UHGV virus genome: UHGV-0203852
Direction: 5' to 3' (one strand)
Origin: a virus
DNA: 47,439 bases
The notes beneath the pieces were generated by a model. That model saw only the letters and a program-made list of their open reading frames with translations. It did no database searches and was not told where the DNA came from. Shown here piece after piece: positions 16,820 to 26,034 of this stretch. The translations under genes and the position numbers were made by a program. The number at the start of each line of letters is the position of its first letter. The first letter of the stretch is position 1.

Positions 16820-17203
16820 ATGGCATGTAATTTTTATGATTCGGACAGTGAAGCATCCCATTTAGCAGAAATAGAAGATGAAGATTATCTTTGTGAAGTC
16901 AATAGTTATATACTTAATTTTGGGCAACCTCAGGTTACTAAGATTAGAAAGAAAAACCATTTATTCACAAAAGATGATTTAGGTAAATTTGTAATTACAC
17001 AAACTCCAAGAAGATATAGTGATTTTAAAAATCTATACTTAGTGGATAGAAATAAAACTAAAGATTTTTGGTGGTCACCTAATGCTACATTTGCGATGAA
17101 ATTTATTAAAAAATCTTGTGCAGAATTTCAAGCAAAAAGATATAAATATAATAATGCGAAAGTTGTTAAAATAACCAAAAAAATGCTATCTATAAAACAA
17201 TGA
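16820..17203 (+). CDS. Hypothetical protein (AT-rich)
   Basis: 127-aa ORF. Confidence 0.55.
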   Translation: MACNFYDSDSEASHLAEIEDEDYLCEVNSYILNFGQPQVTKIRKKNHLFTKDDLGKFVITQTPRRYSDFKNLYLVDRNKTKDFWWSPNATFAMKFIKKSCAEFQAKRYKYNNAKVVKITKKMLSIKQ

Positions 17204-17207
17204 AAAT

Positions 17208-17864
17208 ATGAAAGAAAGAAATATAACAATCACTATTGATAAAGCAAGAGAATGGTACAATAGTGAAAATAAGGCACTTAAAAATATTGCATTACAAGCC
17301 TTTGACAAAAACGAGCTGACATATAACTTTAAGGATATTACATCTTTTAAGATTGCCTGTGAAGTTCTTAATCTTGATTATGATGATATAAATTCTGTTA
17401 TTGCAGATATAATTACATTTAGCGGTAGCAAGTCTTCTGTTGCTATGTTTAAATTTAATATCATCAGACAAGCACTTAACTTGGGTCAAGATTTGCATCT
17501 AACAAAAGACCCAAAAGACTCTTGCATTTATTATCCTTATAATCCATTTGTAGATGAAAGTTCTAATTATGTGAATGAATTTAATGCTAAATCAGATGAA
17601 AATAAACAAATAAAGATAATAGGTAAAATTAAGAATAAAGGAGTTTTATATAATGTTCTTGGCGGTACTGTCATTCTTAATAGTGGTCGTGGTGTTGGTT
17701 GTTTTAGTTCTGGATATAAAGTAGGTTATGGATATTTAGATAGTGGATTCCTTGGATGTGCATCTGAAGAAATAGCGAAACACTTTGGTGAATATTTTGG
17801 TATGCTTATCACCGAAGCCAAGTATGGTGATTTGGAGGATTTTGAGATTGTAGATATAATTTAA
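17208..17864 (+). CDS. Hypothetical protein, paralog-like to 20333..21049
   Basis: ITSFKIACEVL, YYPY, Gly-rich stretch, GFLGCASEEIAKHFG. Confidence 0.65.
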   Translation: MKERNITITIDKAREWYNSENKALKNIALQAFDKNELTYNFKDITSFKIACEVLNLDYDDINSVIADIITFSGSKSSVAMFKFNIIRQALNLGQDLHLTKDPKDSCIYYPYNPFVDESSNYVNEFNAKSDENKQIKIIGKIKNKGVLYNVLGGTVILNSGRGVGCFSSGYKVGYGYLDSGFLGCASEEIAKHFGEYFGMLITEAKYGDLEDFEIVDII

Positions 17865-17911
17865 AAAATTGAAATTAAAAATTACTGTAATTATTTTAAA
17901 CTGAAACGATT

Positions 17912-18118
17912 ATGATAGCAAAAGTAACTATTGACATTGACGAGGCTTTTGATAGTCTTGGTAATGATGAGTCTGTTGAATGTGTAAGTAATTTTTATGA
18001 AGCGTTACCACTTAGACACCAGCATGAAATTATCGCTCAAATCATCGAAGATGCGGACGATGATGCATTGATTGGCGAGTTGGAACGTAGAGGTTATAAT
18101 ATTAAAAAAGACGATTGA
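17912..18118 (+). CDS. Hypothetical acidic protein
   Basis: DDDALIGELERRGY. Confidence 0.55.
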   Translation: MIAKVTIDIDEAFDSLGNDESVECVSNFYEALPLRHQHEIIAQIIEDADDDALIGELERRGYNIKKDD

Positions 18119-18121
18119 CTT

Positions 18122-18340
18122 ATGAAGATAACAAGACGAAACGCAGTATTCTGCGTGATATGTGCGGTGTTTGTGATTTCGCTCCCGATTTATGTCTTAT
18201 GGACGGTGTTTCATGCTTTATGGGCTACTTTATTGGCGGTGTTTAATTATGACCATTTATGCTTATGGGCAGAAAAGTTTTGTGATTTTATAGACAGACT
18301 AATAATTCAAAAACAATGGAAACGACGAAAGAAGAAATGA
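18122..18340 (+). CDS. Small membrane protein
   Basis: Long hydrophobic segment. Confidence 0.5.
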   Translation: MKITRRNAVFCVICAVFVISLPIYVLWTVFHALWATLLAVFNYDHLCLWAEKFCDFIDRLIIQKQWKRRKKK

Positions 18341-18612
18341 TGCAGTTCTTGCAAGAATTGCAAAATTTGCAACAGTGGCTATCTACTAATAGTTTATACG
18401 AAATATCACTTAATATCGATTTTAATATATTTAAAGATAGTATTATGATTAATTGTTATACTTGCTTATATTCGAATTTTGATAAAAAAGGTAAAAGTGT
18501 TTGGTTGTATAGTTTCGAATTTTACGAGGAAAATCGCAAACAATTAAACTATTTCGTCAAATACGTTAAAAAATCAGCCAAATATGGACGCAAAAAAAGC
18601 GAGTCAAATTAA
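18316..18612 (+). CDS. Hypothetical protein
   Basis: 98-aa ORF in tightly packed early cluster. Confidence 0.5.
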   Translation: METTKEEMMQFLQELQNLQQWLSTNSLYEISLNIDFNIFKDSIMINCYTCLYSNFDKKGKSVWLYSFEFYEENRKQLNYFVKYVKKSAKYGRKKSESN

Positions 18613-18937
18613 ACGCCAGTTAGAAAGGCGTGGGTATAAACGGCATACCAAAAACCTTATCGGTAGGGAAGATTATGCCTACATGCGCACGGAGAGAGAT
18701 GCAGATGGCGAATTAAAGTACATTATTTCGCACGGCTTCTACGACTGGAGAGATGAAGTCGGTGTACTGGAAGACTACGGTTATAGTATTACCATCGTGC
18801 TTGGGAATACAGATGAGCGTGTGGATGTGACACTCACTCAACCTAAATTCAGCGTGGCGGAGTGCGAGGAAATAGCCGATAGGTTAGCCGAGTTCTTTAA
18901 GCCGTATTTTGAGAAATATAAAATCAGGAAGATATGA
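18584..18937 (+). CDS. Hypothetical protein
   Basis: 117-aa ORF. Confidence 0.55.
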   Translation: MDAKKASQIKRQLERRGYKRHTKNLIGREDYAYMRTERDADGELKYIISHGFYDWRDEVGVLEDYGYSITIVLGNTDERVDVTLTQPKFSVAECEEIADRLAEFFKPYFEKYKIRKI

Positions 18938-19296
18938 AAGAAGTAAAAGCATATAGGTGCGAATTTTGTGGCAAAGTGTTTTTGCGTAAAAACAGTTGCG
19001 AAAAACACGAGAAAAACGATTGCAGTAAAATTCCGAAGAATAGAGCGTTATGCTATAAATGCAAGTATTACCACATCGCCAATAAAAACGAAGTGAAAGA
19101 TGTTGAATTGGTGGGTGATGACGGCATTAGATTCGCAAAGAGAATGGAACTGAACAAATGTAAAATCAATAACGATTTAATGTTTAACTCTCTGCACATG
19201 CCTGACTATATTTGCGATGCTTTGATAGGTGCTGGTTGGCAATACATGCCGACCGTTGAAAATGGGTGTGGAAATTATGAACAATATAAACAATAA
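18934..19296 (+). CDS. Zinc-finger-like protein
   Basis: YRCEFCGKVF...CEKHE..C and CYKCKY. Confidence 0.65.
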   Translation: MKEVKAYRCEFCGKVFLRKNSCEKHEKNDCSKIPKNRALCYKCKYYHIANKNEVKDVELVGDDGIRFAKRMELNKCKINNDLMFNSLHMPDYICDALIGAGWQYMPTVENGCGNYEQYKQ

Positions 19297-19301
19297 AAAC
19301 A

Positions 19302-19613
19302 ATGAAACAGGTAATAGACATTTTACATCTGAGAGTCGACATTCAAGGTCTCTTGAATCACTATCACAGAAAGTCAATGAAAGGTCTTATGCGCAACGAT
19401 GATGGTAGATTGATGACTGACAAAGAAGTGCGTGCAGAACTACAACGGCACCTGTCTCTCGGTCACACTATATTACCGATGTGTGATAGCAAAGACTGTC
19501 CTGATTTTGACTATTTCGGAGGCGGTTGCCCAGGGCATGGTGTTCACTACTATGACGACAACGATAATGAAATTTCAAAAGAAGAATATGATTCTTTGTT
19601 GAAGAATAGATAA
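19302..19613 (+). CDS. Hypothetical protein
   Basis: LPMC...CPDFDY..GGCPGH Cys motif. Confidence 0.6.
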   Translation: MKQVIDILHLRVDIQGLLNHYHRKSMKGLMRNDDGRLMTDKEVRAELQRHLSLGHTILPMCDSKDCPDFDYFGGGCPGHGVHYYDDNDNEISKEEYDSLLKNR

Positions 19614-19625
19614 TCACAAAGTCAC

Positions 19626-20141
19626 ATGAATACGAAAAGAACGATAACAGAAATAGAAATTGCACTTGCTCATAGTTGTAGTTTTGACTTTAGAAGAAAC
19701 ATTGTTGTATTCAACGTGAACGGCTGGAGTGGTAAACTGCCGATATTCCATGAATGTGATATGCTTGTGTGTACAAAATCAGGCTACTTAACAGAAATAG
19801 AGATAAAACGTACATGGAGTGATTTTCTTGCAGACTTCAAGAAGAAGCATAAGCACGAAAACATGGGACTGATTAAATACTTTTACTACTGTCTCCCGCA
19901 ATCGTTTGACTTGAATAAGATATACGACATTCTTGAAGAAAACAACGTAAATTATTCAGGCATATATTTCTATGACGAATATATGAACTTACAATTTCAC
20001 GGTTGCAGAGTTTCGCAAGATGATTATCAGAACCGTTGTCTGCAAGGTTATAAGAAACTGACTACTGAACAGCAACTTGAAGTTGCACGACTTGGCGCAA
20101 TGCGTGTAATCGGACTAAAAGAAAAACTAATAACAAAATAA
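19626..20141 (+). CDS. PD-(D/E)XK nuclease-fold protein (MmcB-like)
   Basis: HECDML...YLTEIEIKRTWSDFLADFKK. Confidence 0.7.
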   Translation: MNTKRTITEIEIALAHSCSFDFRRNIVVFNVNGWSGKLPIFHECDMLVCTKSGYLTEIEIKRTWSDFLADFKKKHKHENMGLIKYFYYCLPQSFDLNKIYDILEENNVNYSGIYFYDEYMNLQFHGCRVSQDDYQNRCLQGYKKLTTEQQLEVARLGAMRVIGLKEKLITK

Positions 20142-20144
20142 GCA

Positions 20145-20330
20145 ATGAACAACTACTGCAAAAGATGCCGTCTGCGTGACGGTTGCCTCCGCAAATGCAA
20201 GGAGGCGGAAGTCTATGAACAAGGGTACTGCGATGGCGTTTCCGACGGCTACAAGGGAGCGGTCGATGCGTTAACGCCTGACGAGCAACAACCTAAATTA
20301 ATTATCAAAATTGAGGGTTTAAAAAAATAA
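20145..20330 (+). CDS. Small Cys-rich hypothetical protein
   Basis: CKRC...C...C; YEQGYCDG. Confidence 0.5.
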   Translation: MNNYCKRCRLRDGCLRKCKEAEVYEQGYCDGVSDGYKGAVDALTPDEQQPKLIIKIEGLKK

Positions 20331-20332
20331 CA

Positions 20333-21049
20333 ATGGAAAAAGAAACAAAAACTGCTGGGGTTCAAGAATACCTCAATAATATTTGGCGAAAGCCAAGCGA
20401 GAAACCAAGCAACAAAGGATATGAGAAAAGCATCATTCCTGTAATGCTTATTGACAGCCAAAACAATGTTTATGATTTTCAGTTCGTATCTGATGATATG
20501 GATTGGGATGAGGTTGTCAAAGATCAAGATGTTGTATTTTGGTCTTATGTTACAGACATTCTCCCAAACATTCCAAACATCAAAGATTACAAGACTATCA
20601 AGAGATATGAGGACGCTTGCACTGCGCTTGGTGAAAAGGTTGATGAGGTTACGCTAACTAATGCTGGAGTACCAAAGCACATTATCGCCCTTATGAAGTT
20701 GGAGCTTGTTTGCAAGGCTCTTTGGGGTGGTGAGGTTAAGGTTTATCCCGACCCTAACGGCAATCGTACCTATTACTATCCTTCGTTTGCCTTATATAAC
20801 AATAACGAAATAGGGTACATGGATAGCGAAGAAAGGAGTTTGCATCTCTCTGCTCATGCGGCAGATGGTGCGAGTGCGGGTTGGGGGTGTGCGGGTGCGA
20901 GAGGTTATTCCTCGGACTCGTGTGCGTGCCGTGGCTTCCGCTTGGGCCTTGATACACACGAAAAGGCAAGATATTTTGGAACACAGTTCTTGGAGTTGTG
21001 GACAGAATACCTCGCATACAATTTCAAAGTTGGAGAGCACTTAAAATGA
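20333..21049 (+). CDS. Hypothetical protein with DGR-variable-region-like C-terminus
   Basis: IKRYEDACTALG, YYYP, then SAHAADGASAGWGCAGARGYSSDSCACRGFRL. Confidence 0.7.
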   Translation: MEKETKTAGVQEYLNNIWRKPSEKPSNKGYEKSIIPVMLIDSQNNVYDFQFVSDDMDWDEVVKDQDVVFWSYVTDILPNIPNIKDYKTIKRYEDACTALGEKVDEVTLTNAGVPKHIIALMKLELVCKALWGGEVKVYPDPNGNRTYYYPSFALYNNNEIGYMDSEERSLHLSAHAADGASAGWGCAGARGYSSDSCACRGFRLGLDTHEKARYFGTQFLELWTEYLAYNFKVGEHLK

Positions 21050-21061
21050 TTGTTAAACCAA

Positions 21062-21247
21062 ATGGCATATAACGAAAAGACCCTTAACCGAGAGCACCGT
21101 AGGCAGTGGCGTGGAAACAAACTCTATTTCAAGAGTTACAGAAACCTCGGCACTTGCCCATGGTGCCAGCGCAACCGCAACCGCCAAAAGCGGATAGCGA
21201 AGATTAGAATTAACGAATTTTTAAAAGATTACGAGAACAGTTTTTAA
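21062..21247 (+). CDS. Small basic protein
   Basis: EHRRQWRG...CPWCQRNR. Confidence 0.5.
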   Translation: MAYNEKTLNREHRRQWRGNKLYFKSYRNLGTCPWCQRNRNRQKRIAKIRINEFLKDYENSF

Positions 21248-21248
21248 A

Positions 21249-21620
21249 ATGGAGAATTTGATTATACGCTCATTTACAACTAAATGGGAAGACCGTGACT
21301 ATACTACATATATTTTAGAAAAAGGTATGGAAGGCATTGCAACATGTATTGTTAATTATTATGGTGATAAAAAGAAACAAGCCTACTTGTGGAATTTGCA
21401 AGTCAAAGAAGAATATAGGAAGTGTGGTATTGCACACCGGTTGATAGATGTGGTGTGCCACTATGCAAAGATTCGTGGCTGTAAGGAAATCTCACTTGAA
21501 TGGGAAGCCAAAGAAAGTGATGGGTGGGTACTTGATTGGTATAAACGACTTGGATTTAAGGCTGATTTCGAAGAAAAAGACACCCCATTTTCAATAACAC
21601 TTGTAAAAAAATTAAAATAA
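21249..21620 (+). CDS. GNAT acetyltransferase
   Basis: LQVKEEYRKCGIA (motif A) and WYKRLGF (motif B). Confidence 0.85.
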   Translation: MENLIIRSFTTKWEDRDYTTYILEKGMEGIATCIVNYYGDKKKQAYLWNLQVKEEYRKCGIAHRLIDVVCHYAKIRGCKEISLEWEAKESDGWVLDWYKRLGFKADFEEKDTPFSITLVKKLK

Positions 21621-21627
21621 AAAGAAT

Positions 21628-21921
21628 ATGGAAAATAAATTTTGGGTTGCGAGGGACAAAAGTGGTAAACTTTATTTATATAACGAAAAACCTGAATATT
21701 ATAATGATTTTAAAGTTTGGTTTGCATGTGGAATAATTGCTAAATTAGATAATAACCTTTTCCCTGAACTCAAATGGGAAGATGAGCCGATAGAGGTTGG
21801 AATACGACCTACAATAACCGACCTCGACACAAAGGCACAGGAATACGCTGACAGCGTCACCGACAACGAAGAAATCAAAGAGTTAATCATCAACGCCTTC
21901 AAGGCAGGATATAATAGTTAA
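21628..21921 (+). CDS. Hypothetical protein
   Basis: WVARDKSGKLYLY...FPELKWEDEP. Confidence 0.6.
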   Translation: MENKFWVARDKSGKLYLYNEKPEYYNDFKVWFACGIIAKLDNNLFPELKWEDEPIEVGIRPTITDLDTKAQEYADSVTDNEEIKELIINAFKAGYNS

Positions 21922-21925
21922 AGCA

Positions 21926-22111
21926 ATGGAAAAAGAATTATTAATCGAACTCGCCTGTGAGGCGTACTGCAAGTGTTGTGACACGAAAGAGTGCGAGGAA
22001 TTAGGAGAGTTTAACGATTTTAATTGTGACTGGGTTTGCAACTTCCGTAAAGAGTTTACGAAAGAATTAAATAAAAATTCAAAAACGAAACAACAATGGA
22101 AAAAGAATTGA
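21926..22111 (+). CDS. Small Cys-rich hypothetical protein
   Basis: 61-aa ORF. Confidence 0.45.
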   Translation: MEKELLIELACEAYCKCCDTKECEELGEFNDFNCDWVCNFRKEFTKELNKNSKTKQQWKKN

Positions 22112-22548
22112 AAATTGAAGTGCCACAAGGGTACGAAATTGACCGTCAAAAGTCAACCTTTGAAAAGATAATCTTTAAAAAGATTGCTGAAAACCCAAAA
22201 ACTTGGGAAGAGTATTGTTCCTTAACGAAGGGAAAAACGGCGCATCAGACTAATTGTGATAATTATACAATTATAAATGGTTTCTCTGGTGCTCACTATC
22301 AGTTCTCTACCAAAAAACGAGCAGAGCAGTTTATCGCACTTGGTAAACTTCTCCAATTGCGTGATTATTGGGTAAAAAACAATAAATTTAAAGAAGCTAT
22401 TGGTGTTTTCACTTTGGGTAATGGAGTAATTGTCACGAATGAGTGCGCTACAAACGATTGCGCTCTTACATTCCCCACACAAGAAATGGCAGATAAATTT
22501 ATTAATTGTTTTAGGGATTTAATTAATAAGGCATCTCTGCTCGTATGA
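22096..22548 (+). CDS. Hypothetical protein
   Basis: KIEVPQGYEID, PKTWEEYC, KLLQLRDYW. Confidence 0.6.
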   Translation: MEKELKIEVPQGYEIDRQKSTFEKIIFKKIAENPKTWEEYCSLTKGKTAHQTNCDNYTIINGFSGAHYQFSTKKRAEQFIALGKLLQLRDYWVKNNKFKEAIGVFTLGNGVIVTNECATNDCALTFPTQEMADKFINCFRDLINKASLLV

Positions 22549-22775
22549 AGGTGACAATCAATATTAAAGAAAGCAACTGCCTCTTGGCTCGTGCGGAACT
22601 CGTAAGGTTAAAGGCAGATGTCAAGTCAAAGAGAGCCGTGGTGGTAGCCGCCGAGAAAGCGAGAGACGCTACCACCTATATCGGCAGTCAACTATCCGAC
22701 AGCCAGCAGGTGCGACTTGCAACGGCTGCGATTAAGAAAGTGTTTAACGAATTAAATTATAAAGAAAATGAATGA
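22545..22775 (+). CDS. Hypothetical protein
   Basis: 76-aa ORF with ATGA overlap. Confidence 0.5.
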   Translation: MKVTINIKESNCLLARAELVRLKADVKSKRAVVVAAEKARDATTYIGSQLSDSQQVRLATAAIKKVFNELNYKENE

Positions 22776-22811
22776 ATTATATTGGATAACAAGATTGGAT
22801 GCTAAACGACA

Positions 22812-23186
22812 ATGAAAGTAAGTGAACAAATAGCAATTATGAAAGCGTATGAAGATGGCAAGACCATCGAGGGAAAACGCTACGAGGAAACCGAGTGGAA
22901 AAGCCTTAATTATGTAGATGATTATCCGTTTGACTTTGTGCTGAACGAATACCGAATTGCCACCGAGCCAAAATACCGACCTTACGAGAGTGTCGAGGAA
23001 GCATTTGCGGATGCGAAGAAGCACGGGTTTTGGGTGCAGCACATAGATAGAGCGTATTTGCGTTTTATTGGCAGTTTTCACATAACCCAAAACAGCGATA
23101 TTTTCCTTGGTGATTATTGTGTTGATGATATTTTAGATATGTTCGTTTGGCACGACGACGGTAGCCCTTGCGGCGTAAAAATTTGA
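22812..23186 (+). CDS. Hypothetical protein
   Basis: MKAYEDGKTIE, YRI..EPKYRPY, DGSPCG. Confidence 0.6.
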   Translation: MKVSEQIAIMKAYEDGKTIEGKRYEETEWKSLNYVDDYPFDFVLNEYRIATEPKYRPYESVEEAFADAKKHGFWVQHIDRAYLRFIGSFHITQNSDIFLGDYCVDDILDMFVWHDDGSPCGVKI

Positions 23187-23191
23187 TAACA

Positions 23192-23437
23192 ATGGAACAA
23201 CTATCATTTTTCAACAAATTGCTACTGCTGGCGTATGGCGTTGGCGTGGTGGTAAATTGTCTGATATTGGCTGCATATTATCTGTGTGCGGAAGATGATG
23301 ACGAACTGGCGCACCCGAACGTGTTGCAAGTGCTGGCGATGGTGTTGTTTGTCCTCTTGTCATTCAATGTGTGGCTCATTCATTTGGCTTCTAAAGCGCA
23401 ACGAAACAACAACGAGAAAGGAGGCGGTGAGCAATGA
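23192..23437 (+). CDS. Small membrane protein
   Basis: Two hydrophobic helices. Confidence 0.55.
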   Translation: MEQLSFFNKLLLLAYGVGVVVNCLILAAYYLCAEDDDELAHPNVLQVLAMVLFVLLSFNVWLIHLASKAQRNNNEKGGGEQ

Positions 23438-23955
23438 ACGGACTTCATTACAGCAAAGCGCAGCGGGTTCGTGTTGCCGAGCGTGATAGGTTGAGTGTTG
23501 AAATCCGCAACGGCTGGCACTTGTACGATATGATGTGCGAGTGCGGAAGTAAAGAAGATGCCGATGCAAATTTGAAGCCAAAGATTAATGAAATGGTGCT
23601 GGAACGTGAACGGCTGGAGCGGTCGATACACGAGGAAAGCAGAAAGGGAACATCTGCGTTGCTAATGACGCTTTGCGCCTGTGATTTGCTGACGGAACTT
23701 GCCGATGTGTTCGGATATACTTTAACCGAGATTAGCCGAGGCGTAGAGCCAGCGAACAACGCATTTACGGCGGAATGCAAGCGGCTGGCTTCCGAGTTCA
23801 ACAATCTTGTCTGCAAGATAGATGCTGGCGGTAACAGCGCACTCTCGATGTTTTATGCCGATATGGCGGAGGAAGCCACAGCCGAGGCACGAAAGGCGAT
23901 GCAAAGCGTTATAGACAAATGGGCGAACACGGCTAAAGGTGCGGAGTATTTTTAA
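23434..23955 (+). CDS. Hypothetical protein
   Basis: 173-aa helical ORF with ATGA overlap. Confidence 0.55.
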   Translation: MNGLHYSKAQRVRVAERDRLSVEIRNGWHLYDMMCECGSKEDADANLKPKINEMVLERERLERSIHEESRKGTSALLMTLCACDLLTELADVFGYTLTEISRGVEPANNAFTAECKRLASEFNNLVCKIDAGGNSALSMFYADMAEEATAEARKAMQSVIDKWANTAKGAEYF

Positions 23956-23971
23956 AAAAAATAGCGAAATT

Positions 23972-24166
23972 ATGGAGCAAGGCAAAACACCGATGCAGTT
24001 GCACGAGGAACGGCTGGAGCGACTGCGCAAGCGAGTGGCGAGAGCCGACAAGACAACGATAGTCGCATTCCCCTACCGACTGCAACCATCGCTGGCGGTG
24101 ACAGAGTACGAAATGGCGATGTTTGACCTGTACAAGGAAATGTTTCTGCACCGACCGAAGCGATGA
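23972..24166 (+). CDS. Hypothetical protein
   Basis: 64-aa ORF from MEQG. Confidence 0.45.
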   Translation: MEQGKTPMQLHEERLERLRKRVARADKTTIVAFPYRLQPSLAVTEYEMAMFDLYKEMFLHRPKR

Positions 24167-24317
24167 TGATGCGTGGTTAACCGACATTGCACATGCCGAG
24201 CGATTGATGATACCAGTCGTTCGGCATGTTCGTTGGCACGTAATGCCACACGGCGCAATAGACGCACGCTGGCGCACGATAATTGTGCAAATGATAAACT
24301 ACTAAAACGAAAAGAAA

Positions 24318-24701
24318 ATGCGACAGACGCAAAAAACGAAGAAAATAACACGAAAAGGTAACACGAAGCACAATGCGGTCGCAAAGGACTTGTTTTGCAG
24401 GCTGGTTGAAAGCGATTTCGGTTGCGAGTGTGTCCGTGAGTACCGCTTCCACCCGACAAGGCGTTGGCGGTTCGATTATGCAATAGCCGAGCATCGCATC
24501 GCTGTTGAGGTTGAGGGCGGTGTATTCACTAACGGCAGACACACACGTCCGACTGGTTTCCTTGGCGATGTTGAAAAATACAACACGGCTACGCTTTACG
24601 GCTGGCGATTGTTCCGTGTCACACCGTCAAGGCTGATTAGCGCAAGCACGATGCAGTTGTTGCACGATGCAATTACACTAAAATATGTTAAAAGTAAATG
24701 A
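24318..24701 (+). CDS. Endonuclease (DUF559/Vsr-like PD-(D/E)XK)
   Basis: EYRFHPTRRWRFDYA...AVEVEGG...KYN.A...GW. Confidence 0.85.
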   Translation: MRQTQKTKKITRKGNTKHNAVAKDLFCRLVESDFGCECVREYRFHPTRRWRFDYAIAEHRIAVEVEGGVFTNGRHTRPTGFLGDVEKYNTATLYGWRLFRVTPSRLISASTMQLLHDAITLKYVKSK

Positions 24702-24758
24702 AAATGAGTATTTTTGTTCGCAAAATGGGTATTTTTGTTCGCAAAATGGGTAAATTTG
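24701..24758 (+). repeat. 21-bp tandem repeat (2.5 copies) ending at a promoter -7 box
   Basis: aaaatg(a/g)gtatttttgttcgc twice plus aaaatgggta, then TAAATTTG at 24751-24758. Confidence 0.8.
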
Positions 24759-24764
24759 AGCGAT

Positions 24765-26021
24765 ATGAAGCAGGAAATAAACAATAGCAGAATGTTGCCA
24801 ATGTCACAGATTACCGTGAACAATGGGCAGATGGAAGGCGTGCGTGCTAACCCACGCCAAATTAAAGGCGAAAAGTTCGACAGACTGAAAGCGAGCATCG
24901 AACGCAACCCCGAAATGCTGGCATTGCGTGAATTGCTGGTGTACGAACACGGTGGCAAATACATCGTTATCGGCGGTAATATGCGTTATCGTGCATGCAA
25001 GGAATTAGGCTACACGCAAATGCCGTGTAAAATCATTCCGCCACAGGCGACAGCCGAACAACTGAACGCATACATCATACTCGACAACAGTGGCTTCGGC
25101 GACTGGGATTGGGACGCATTAGCCAACGAATGGGATAGCCAGCAGTTGACCGATTGGGGCGTTGATGTGCCGAACTGGGACGAGGAGGCGAGCGAAGAAG
25201 AACAACCGAGAGAAGATGACGATTTCGACGAGGAAAAAGACTCGATAGAATGCAGAGTGAAGAAAGGCGAAATTTGGCAACTCGGAAAGCATCGGCTAAT
25301 GTGTGGAGATAGTTCAAGTCAAGAAGATGTAAAAAAACTTATGGACGGCGAACTTGCCGATATGGTGTTCACAGACCCACCGTATGGTGTAGCGATAGGG
25401 GATAAAAACAAAGCACTCAACAGCGTCCAGCCTTCTGGACGCTGTACGCAAAACATTGAGAACGACACATTGTCGGCTGATGAACTTTACCCATTGCTTG
25501 TTTCTGCAATGACTAATTGCAGAGAGAATTGCAAAGATGGTGCGATATATTTTGTTACATCTCCGCAAGTTGGTGATTTGATGATGATGATGATGATGAT
25601 GATGAAAGATGCAGGGCTCCCCGTCAGACACATGTTGATATGGGAAAAGAACTCTGCAACATTCTCGCTCGGTCGACTCGATTATGACTACCAGCATGAA
25701 CCTATTTTCTACACGTGGACAAAAAAGCATAAAAACCACAGGAAAGGAGAGTTTAGGACGACGATTTGGAAATATGACAAGCCTCGGAAGTGCGATTTAC
25801 ACCCGACGATGAAGCCTGTTGCTCTCGTTGAGAATTGCCTTAAAGATGGCACAATTAAAGGCGACATTGTGTTAGATGTATTTGGCGGAAGTGGCACAAC
25901 GATAATAGCGTGTGAACGACAAGATCGGTGTGCAAGATTAATGGAGATAGACCCACACTATTGCGATGTTATAATTGCAAGATGGGAGACAATGACAGGA
26001 GGAGTTGCAAGTAAAATATAA
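24765..26021 (+). CDS. ParB-like domain fused to DNA methyltransferase (N6/N4, beta class)
   Basis: NPRQI...IGGNMRYRAC ParB-like N-terminus; DPPY, HPTMKP, DVFGGSGTT motifs. Confidence 0.92.
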   Translation: MKQEINNSRMLPMSQITVNNGQMEGVRANPRQIKGEKFDRLKASIERNPEMLALRELLVYEHGGKYIVIGGNMRYRACKELGYTQMPCKIIPPQATAEQLNAYIILDNSGFGDWDWDALANEWDSQQLTDWGVDVPNWDEEASEEEQPREDDDFDEEKDSIECRVKKGEIWQLGKHRLMCGDSSSQEDVKKLMDGELADMVFTDPPYGVAIGDKNKALNSVQPSGRCTQNIENDTLSADELYPLLVSAMTNCRENCKDGAIYFVTSPQVGDLMMMMMMMMKDAGLPVRHMLIWEKNSATFSLGRLDYDYQHEPIFYTWTKKHKNHRKGEFRTTIWKYDKPRKCDLHPTMKPVALVENCLKDGTIKGDIVLDVFGGSGTTIIACERQDRCARLMEIDPHYCDVIIARWETMTGGVASKI

Positions 26022-26034
26022 ATGATAAAATGAT

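Noticed and set aside
24701..24752. CRISPR array
   Set aside because: Repeats are directly tandem with no spacers
24714..24764. N-terminal MFAKWVFLFAKWV extension of the methyltransferase
   Set aside because: Arises from translating the 21-bp repeat and promoter; ATG at 24765 is the more plausible start
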